From: an uncultured bacterium
GTDB lineage: Bacteria; Acidobacteriota; HRBIN11; JAKEFK01
DNA length: 64,000 nt
Reading direction: 5' to 3'
Assembly: GCA_963777505.1 (NCBI GenBank)
Contig: CAVZQN010000006.1
Location: 192,001-256,000, forward strand
Shown: in pieces, positions 57,330-64,000 of the stretch
Layout of the letters: each line of letters opens with the position of its first letter
Position numbering within the stretch: the first letter of the stretch is position 1
The notes under the pieces: generated by a model
Database searches by the model: none
Seen by the model: the letters and a program-made list of their open reading frames with translations, nothing else
What the model was told of the DNA's origin: nothing
Made by a program: the position numbers and the translations under genes

Positions 57330-57905
57330 TCAAATCTTCAGCCGTTCGTAGTCTTTGGGAGTGTTAATATTGCGGAATGAAAGTCCTGCCGCATCAAAAC
57401 GCCGGATTTCTTCCTCCGATATATATCGGATGTGTGAATCTCGAAATGAATCACTGATTTTGAATCGCATTTCATTCAGACTCTTCTGAAACTCATTCAA
57501 CAAATTGCGATCATAAACGGCATGAAGCACTTCCGGACGGCCTTTCCAGATAGGCACAACAGCATCGCAATCGGTAACCGAGCACTGATATTCGATTAAG
57601 TCCCGATTTAGAAATGGCATATCGCAGGCGACGCAGAAAATTCTCTTTTCCCCGGTCTCCAGAACTGAAGTGATTCCGCCAAGAGGCCCTGTTTCAGGAT
57701 AACGATCGACGACTTCGTTGAGAGCTATCTCTTCATATGTATTTGGAGAAGCCGTGCTGAGAATAATATGAGAAAAAATTTCTGCAAGCGTCAGACGGAC
57801 ACGTTCAATGAGCGGTACGCCTTCAAGTGGCAGAAAGGCTTTATTGCTGCCCATTCGGCTGCTTTTTCCACCCGCAAGAATGACAGCAGTCACTGAATCA
57901 ATCAT
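57330..57905 (-). CDS. mobA: Molybdenum cofactor guanylyltransferase
   Basis: LAGGKSSRMG, GPLGG, ACDMPF, NINTP. Confidence 0.93.
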   Translation of the reverse strand: MIDSVTAVILAGGKSSRMGSNKAFLPLEGVPLIERVRLTLAEIFSHIILSTASPNTYEEIALNEVVDRYPETGPLGGITSVLETGEKRIFCVACDMPFLNRDLIEYQCSVTDCDAVVPIWKGRPEVLHAVYDRNLLNEFQKSLNEMRFKISDSFRDSHIRYISEEEIRRFDAAGLSFRNINTPKDYERLKI

Positions 57906-57913
57906 TTCACAAA

Positions 57914-58981
57914 CTACACATTGAAACGAAACGTGATGATGTCGCCATCCTGCACGACATATTCTTTGCCTTCCAATCGAAACACACCTTGTTTTTTTGC
58001 TTCTGCAAAAGATCCTGTTTTCAGAAAATCTTCATAAGAAACAGTTTCTGCGCGTATAAAACCACGTTCCATATCTGAATGAACTGTACCTGCCGCCTTT
58101 TGTGCATTCATTCCACGTGGCAATGGCCAGGAACGCACTTCTTCAGGACCGGCTGTAAAAAACAAAAGTAAGTCCAACAGTTTGAAGGTTGTTCGAATCA
58201 CACGATCTCTTCCGCTTTCAGTGAAATGATATTGATCAAGAAATTCCTGGCGATCATCAGCTCCAAGTTCTCCGATCTGTTGTTCCAGCGTTCCGCAAAC
58301 GTACGTAATCTCCTGATCTTTCCGAAGTTCCTCTGAAATGTATTTGTCTCTCTCCGAAAGCCGGTCTTCACTTAAATTAATGATGTGAAGCAACGGTTTT
58401 TCACTTAGAAATGCAAAACTGCGCAGTCGTCTTTTTTCTTGAGCCTCAAACTCCAGTTCGCGAATTGGACGTTCATTTTCGAGTTGAACGATGCAACGCT
58501 CCAGCAATCCAAGTTCTTCCTCGTTTTCCTTGTTTTTCATTTTCTTTACTAAGAGTCGAAGCTTTTCCAACCTGTTTTGAATTACATCCATGTCGGCAAG
58601 TATCAATTCAAGATTGAATTCCTGAATATCATCGTGTGGATGAATGTCAGTTGCTGCCACTCCCATTTCAGGATCTTCAAAAGCCCGAACAACGTGAATT
58701 AAACAATCCACTGTGCGCAGGTTGGCTAAATATTCGCTGTTTTTGATTTCACCCCGGTTCACGCCTACAAGATCAACAAATTCAGTTGTGGCTAGAGTCT
58801 TCTTTTTTGGCGTGAACATTTCGTAAAGTTTCTCCAACCTTTGATCGGGGACCTCCGACACGCCAATATTGATACCTTTCTTCCCTTGCGTAAATCGGGA
58901 AGTCTCCGCATGGCCACTCGTCAATATATTAAATAAAGTAGTCTTTCCTACTTTGGGAAACCCTACAATTCCTGCTTTCAT
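57914..58981 (-). CDS. ychF: Obg-family ATPase YchF
   Basis: GFPKVGKTT, HVVRAF, AGTVHSDMERGFIRAE, RLEGKEYVVQDGD. Confidence 0.95.
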   Translation of the reverse strand: MKAGIVGFPKVGKTTLFNILTSGHAETSRFTQGKKGINIGVSEVPDQRLEKLYEMFTPKKKTLATTEFVDLVGVNRGEIKNSEYLANLRTVDCLIHVVRAFEDPEMGVAATDIHPHDDIQEFNLELILADMDVIQNRLEKLRLLVKKMKNKENEEELGLLERCIVQLENERPIRELEFEAQEKRRLRSFAFLSEKPLLHIINLSEDRLSERDKYISEELRKDQEITYVCGTLEQQIGELGADDRQEFLDQYHFTESGRDRVIRTTFKLLDLLLFFTAGPEEVRSWPLPRGMNAQKAAGTVHSDMERGFIRAETVSYEDFLKTGSFAEAKKQGVFRLEGKEYVVQDGDIITFRFNV

Positions 58982-59033
58982 GAATTCTCCAAGACTGGAC
59001 TCGAAAAGAAGGAAATATAATAATTCGATTCAT

Positions 59034-60013
59034 ATGAAATATCGACTCCTTGGCAAAACGGGGCTACAGTGTGTCTGAAATTGGCTTTGGCTCCTGGGCG
59101 ATTGGCGGTTCAATGGATGTCTCCGGCTTTCCGGTGGGATGGCGGGATGTCACCGACGCTGAATCGATCGCTGCAATCGAACGAGCGTTGGATCTTGGAA
59201 TCAACTTTTTCGATACCGCCGATATGTACGGAAGGGGCCACAGCGAAGAGCTTCTGGGAAAATCTTTAAAGGGGAAGGATGTAATCATCGCCACTAAAGT
59301 TGGAAATAGGATCGATGAACAAGGCGCTCGAAAAGATTTTTCCGCAACATATGTTCGTGAATCGATTGAAGGAAGTCTTCGCCGATTGAATCGTGAAGTC
59401 ATTGATGTTTATCAATTTCACAATCCTGAATCCAATGATTATAGAAGTCAGGACTTATTTGAAGTTTTGCAAGAGTTAAAAAACGAAGGCAAAATTCGTG
59501 CAGTTGGAGTTTCAATCAGTAATCCCGAAGAAGGTCTTGAGCTTTTGAAACAACATAAAGTTGATACGCTTCAAGTGTTGTTCAATGTCTTGAATCAAGA
59601 ACCTGCAAGGAAGTTGATTCCGCAGGCTGAATCAGATGGTGTAGGGATTATAGTTCGTGTTCCATTAGCTTCTGGATTATTAACGGGAAAGTTTCAGGAA
59701 ACAGATCGATTTTTTGCAAACGATAACAGAAGTAATTATCTAAACCCGCGGAGAATGAAAGAAACACTTACGGCCGTACGTCGAATCCAAGAAATCAACT
59801 GCTGAAATGGGAAAGCCACTTGCATCAATTTCGCTGGGATTTCTTCTTCATTTTTCAGGAGTGAGCTGCCTGATCCCTGGTGCAAAAAATCCGCATCAGG
59901 TGGAAGAAAATGCTTCGGCTTCAGACGTTCGTCTTCCTGAGGAAATGTTTAAGAAAATTCGCGAAGAGTTCTCGGAATATAATTTCTTTCTCCGAAACAA
60001 AATACGAGTCTAA
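59034..60013 (+). CDS. Aldo/keto reductase; two frameshifts (about 59070 and 59795)
   Basis: MKYRLLGKTG start, SEIGFG, DTADMYG, IATK, PLASGLLTGK, IPGAK spread across three frames. Confidence 0.85.
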
Positions 60014-60014
60014 T

Positions 60015-60347
60015 ATGTCAAATGAAATTGAATTTAGAAATCACGCTATTGAGGCAATTGAAGAACTTGAAGAGCGACTGATTCCTGTTTCAGAAGATCA
60101 TGATTTCGAAGTGGAATCAGGTGGTGGAATGCTGACTCTTATCTTCGAAGAACCTTCCGCAACGCGATTTATCATCAGCCCGAATGCAGCAGCCAGACAA
60201 ATTTGGGTTTCTGCACTTTCAACAAGTTTTAAGTTTGATTGGGATAATGAGGTACGGACCTTTGTTCTGGATAAAACCCATGAATCGATGATCAAAGTCA
60301 TCGGAGATCTAATCTCACGTCACCTGGGTAAGACAATAGTGTTGTAA
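60015..60347 (+). CDS. cyaY: Frataxin/CyaY-like iron donor protein
   Basis: Acidic N-terminal helix, GGMLTLIF, PNAAARQIWVS. Confidence 0.8.
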   Translation: MSNEIEFRNHAIEAIEELEERLIPVSEDHDFEVESGGGMLTLIFEEPSATRFIISPNAAARQIWVSALSTSFKFDWDNEVRTFVLDKTHESMIKVIGDLISRHLGKTIVL

Positions 60348-60349
60348 GG

Positions 60350-60847
60350 ATGAAACCTGAACAGATCGTTCAAAAACTCGGACTTCAGCCGCATCCGCGT
60401 GAGAAAGGATATTTCGCCGAAACGTATCGTGCTCACGAAAAACTAACCGGGGAATCTCTTCCGGTTCGTTATGAAGGTGCTCGATCTTATAGTTCTGCCA
60501 TTTATTTCCTTTTGACCAAAGATGGTTTTTCGGAATTGCACCGCTTGAAATCCGACGAAATTTTTCACTTCTATTCAGGCGCACCGGCTGAGTTGATAGT
60601 TTTGTCGGCAGATGGCAAAGGTGAGATCATCATGCTTGGTTCAGATCTAGAAAAAGGTGAGCGTCCCCAGATCATTGTCCCAGCTGGATGCTGGCAAGGG
60701 ATACATACAACTGGTGAGTACACATTATTTGGATGCACTGTTTCTCCTGGCTTTGAGTACCAGGATTACGAACAAGGCATCCGTGAACTTCTTTTAAAAC
60801 AATATCCCCAATTTTCTGACAAGATCATTCAACTGACGGAAAAATAA
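60350..60847 (+). CDS. Cupin_5 (DUF985) protein
   Basis: LQPHP, IYFLL, HRLKSDEIFHFYSG, GCTVSPGF. Confidence 0.9.
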   Translation: MKPEQIVQKLGLQPHPREKGYFAETYRAHEKLTGESLPVRYEGARSYSSAIYFLLTKDGFSELHRLKSDEIFHFYSGAPAELIVLSADGKGEIIMLGSDLEKGERPQIIVPAGCWQGIHTTGEYTLFGCTVSPGFEYQDYEQGIRELLLKQYPQFSDKIIQLTEK

Positions 60848-60862
60848 ACACGGACTCAATTA

Positions 60863-63308
60863 ATGAAGGTTTTAAAATTTGGCGGCTCTTCTGTCGGAAA
60901 TCCTGAAAGGATCAAAAATGTAGTTGATCTATTTCTGGAGACTTCAAAGGAAGAATCTTTAGTAGTCGTTGTATCTGCTTTTCAAGGCGTTACAGATCAA
61001 CTTATACAATTAGGACGATCGGCTTCAAAAGGCGACGATTCGTACCTTCAGAATTTCTCTGCTCTTAAAGGATCGACATGAAGATGCGATTCGAAAGCTA
61101 GTCGAATCTGCGTCTGAAACGTTTCGAAAAGAAATTGATTTACGCTGGAAAGAATTGAACGACGCATTGCATGGAGTATTTCTAATTCGTGAACTTTCAC
61201 TAAGGACACTCGATGTAATTATGAGTTTCGGCGAACTTTTATCCGCACGGATTATTGCTGAAGCTGCTCGCGACAAAAAGTGCATCGGTGAAGTTTCTTG
61301 GATACACGTTCGATTATTAAAACTGATTCTCGTTTCGGCTCTGCGCGAGTTTTGTTTGATGTAAGTGATCCATTCATTCAAAGACAATTTGAAAATGATC
61401 CTTTTTGCGGAGTTGCGACGGGTTTATTGCTTCAGCAGCAACGGGTGAAACAACAACTTTGGGGCGAGGGTGGTTCGGATTATACGGCCTCCATTCTCGC
61501 GGCTGCTTTAAATGCGTCTGAAATTCAAATCTGGACGGATGTTGATGGCGTAATGACAAGCGATCCGAATAAGGTTCCAACCGCATTTTCGATTCATTCA
61601 ATGACTTATGAAGAAGCGATGGAAATGTCGCATTTTGGTGCAAAGATCATTCATCCGCCTACGATGCAGCCAGCACTGGATCGCGGAATTCCCATCCGAA
61701 TCAAAAATACTTTTGCGCCAGAATTTCCTGGCACTATAATCAGTGAATCTGCACCTCAGAGCAATTATCCGATTAAAGGGCTGTCATCGATTCCAATGTT
61801 TCGCTTATGACTATTCAGGGAAGCGGAATGATCGGCATTGCGGGAATTTCCAGTCGTCTTGTTTGGCGCTTTAGCTCGAAAAGGAATCAGTGTAGTTTTG
61901 ATTACTCAAGCATCGTCGGAACATTCGATCTGTATTGCCGTTGATCCGAAGCAGGATGAAGAGGCGACGGAAGTGATTGAGGAAGAATTTTCGCTGGAAA
62001 TTCTTGCACATCAGGTGGACCCGCTCGTTCTGGAAAAGAATCTGTCGATCATGGCTGTAGTTGGCGATAACATGCGTCACACTCCTGGAATTTCCGGACG
62101 TCTTTTTCAAGCTCTCGGAAATGATGGAGTAAATGTTGTTGCCAGTCGCACAAGGATCGTCCGAGCGAAATATTTCTGTCGTCATTTCCGATCACGATGA
62201 AGCAAAAGCACTTCGGGCTGTGCACGATACTTTCTTCTTTCCAACTTCACATAGGATCAGCATTTTTGTTGCGGGAACAGGCTTAATTGGAAGTACATTG
62301 TTGAACTTAATTCAACAACAGGAAACTTTTTTGCGAAAGGAGAATTCAATCGATCTCAGAGTGGTTGGCATATCAAACAGCACGCGTATGATTCGTGATA
62401 CAGCGGGAATTCAACTTCAGGACTGGCATGAATCGCTGATGCAATCAATTGCGCCTCCACAGCCTGACATTTTTGCACAACTTTTTCATAGCTGCCGGCG
62501 GCAGCTCCGGTTTTCGTAGATTGCACTGCGAGCGAGACTATTCGAAATATTTATTCGCCGCTGCTTGCTTCAGGTGTCTCTATTATTACAGCCAACAAAA
62601 AAGCACTTACTGGCTCTTATCCGGAGTTCGTCAACTTGATCGATGCTTTGAAAACATCCGGCGCGCGGCTGCTTTATGAAACGACCGCAGGAGCGGCCCT
62701 GCCTGTGATTGGCACTTTAAAAGATTTAATTTTGAGCGGCGATCGAATCCTTAAAATCGAAGCAATTCTATCCGGAACTTTGAGTTATTTATTCAATCGT
62801 TTTAGTTCAGATATTTCATTCAGCAAGATTGTTCGTGAAGCAAAAGAACTTGGATATACAGAACCAGATCCGCGTGAGGATTTAAATGGTCTCGATGTTG
62901 CGCGAAAATTGCTGATACTCGCACGTACAATCGGTTTACCAATGGAAATGGCATGACATTGAAGTTCAAAGTTTGGTTCCTGAAAGCTGTAAGAGATGCT
63001 GAAAACGTTGAAGTGTTTATGCAGAAGCTTGAAGAAGAGGATGCTTCATTCGAACGTTGGCGATCAACAGCAGCAGCTGAAGGCAAAGTTCTGCGTCACA
63101 TTGCTACACTTGCAGATGGCAAAGGTAAAGTGGGAGTGCAAGCTTGTGTCGAATTCACATCCTTTTTATTCGGTTAGCTGGAAGTGATAATGTTATTGCT
63201 TTTACAACGGAGCGTTATTCACAAAACCCTCTGGTAGTGCGGGGTCCGGGGGCAGGTCCCGCGGTTACAGCCGCAGGAGTTCTTGCTGATATCTTACGAG
63301 TGATTTAG
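60863..63308 (+). CDS. thrA: Bifunctional aspartokinase/homoserine dehydrogenase; many frameshifts
   Basis: KFGGSS, GGSDYTA, WTDVDG, ACT domains (QASSEHS), GTGLIG, YETT, YTEPDPR, GPGAG found in order across shifting frames. Confidence 0.85.
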
Positions 63309-63333
63309 ATTTGTTCTCTAGCGGTAAAAAATC

Positions 63334-64000
63334 ATGATTCCAGTTGGAATACTTGGCGCAACTGGCAGTGTTGGCCAAAGGTTTGTGCAACTGCTGACAA
63401 GCCATCCATTGTTTGAAATTACTGCACTTGCTGCGTCTGAACGTTCAGCCGGACGGACTTACAAAGAAGTCGTTCATTGGTTTCAATCCACACCTCTGGA
63501 TCCGAAAATTGGCGGTATGACTGTTACCGAATGTTTGCCTACACTTCCTTGCCGCGTTGTTTTTTCTGCGCTTGATTCAAGCATTGCAGGTGAAGTTGAG
63601 GAGCAATTTGCGCGCAGCGGTTATTTCGTTTTTTCCAACAGCCGAAATCATCGAATGGATTCAGATGTTCCGTTGCTGATTCCAGAAGTAAATCCCGATC
63701 ACCTTCAACTCATTGCGACTCAACAATTCGGCAAAGGAGCAATCGTTACAAATCCAAATTGTTCAGCGATTGGTTTGACAATGACGCTCAAGCCGCTTGT
63801 GGATCGCTTTGGAGTCAGTCAAGTCAATGTTGTAACTCTTCAGGCCTTATCAGGCGCGGGCTATCCGGGCGTTGCGAGTCTCGACATTGTGGATAATATC
63901 GTTCCATTCATTTCGGGTGAGGAAGAAAAAATGGAAACGGAACCATTGAAAATTCTTGGGAAATACACAGGGAAGGCGATCGAATTCGCCAAAATTGCGA
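63334..64000 (+). CDS. asd: Aspartate-semialdehyde dehydrogenase (truncated by window end)
   Basis: Manual translation [45 protein letters not shown]. Confidence 0.93.
   Translation, partial: MIPVGILGATGSVGQRFVQLLTSHPLFEITALAASERSAGRTYKEVVHWFQSTPLDPKIGGMTVTECLPTLPCRVVFSALDSSIAGEVEEQFARSGYFVFSNSRNHRMDSDVPLLIPEVNPDHLQLIATQQFGKGAIVTNPNCSAIGLTMTLKPLVDRFGVSQVNVVTLQALSGAGYPGVASLDIVDNIVPFISGEEEKMETEPLKILGKYTGKAIEFAKIA

Noticed and set aside
120-63187. Numerous short alternative-frame and antisense ORFs in the track
   Set aside because: They lie inside well-supported genes and show no recognisable motifs; the exceptions are the frameshift fragments merged above
1-64000. CRISPR array, prophage, integrase/transposase or known defence system
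   Set aside because: I saw no regularly spaced direct repeats with unique spacers and no ORF with Cas, phage, recombinase, reverse transcriptase or restriction motifs

Overview
A gene-dense, mostly housekeeping window from a diderm bacterium (GT9 heptosyltransferase and FadL-type outer-membrane protein; Acidobacteriota-like gene content is my inference only). Core genes: tRNA-Met(CAT)-tilS-hpt-ftsH-folP, hemB, rpsO-pnp, uvrA, mobA, ychF, cyaY, thrA and asd. It also holds several GT-C-type membrane glycosyltransferases, a fused trehalose synthase/phosphatase, secreted peptidases, an amino-acid catabolic operon, a MacAB-type ABC exporter and an atypical SDR-queC-flavoenzyme-queD operon. I see no CRISPR array, integrase, transposase, prophage or recognisable defence system. 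At least five genes are split by indels that look like long-read errors. Best candidates for something undescribed: (i) a tandem-duplicated pair of unknown proteins behind a consensus sigma-54 promoter, with secretion-substrate/translocator-like architecture (25.1-26.6 kb); (ii) the queC/queD operon lacking queE/queF but carrying two oxidoreductases; (iii) a DmpA peptidase with a probable pseudo-enzyme partner; (iv) an AT-rich islet with a ribbon-helix-helix-like gene; (v) several families of REP-like and short-period palindromes, some translated into proteins. All calls come from reading motifs by eye; no database searches were run.
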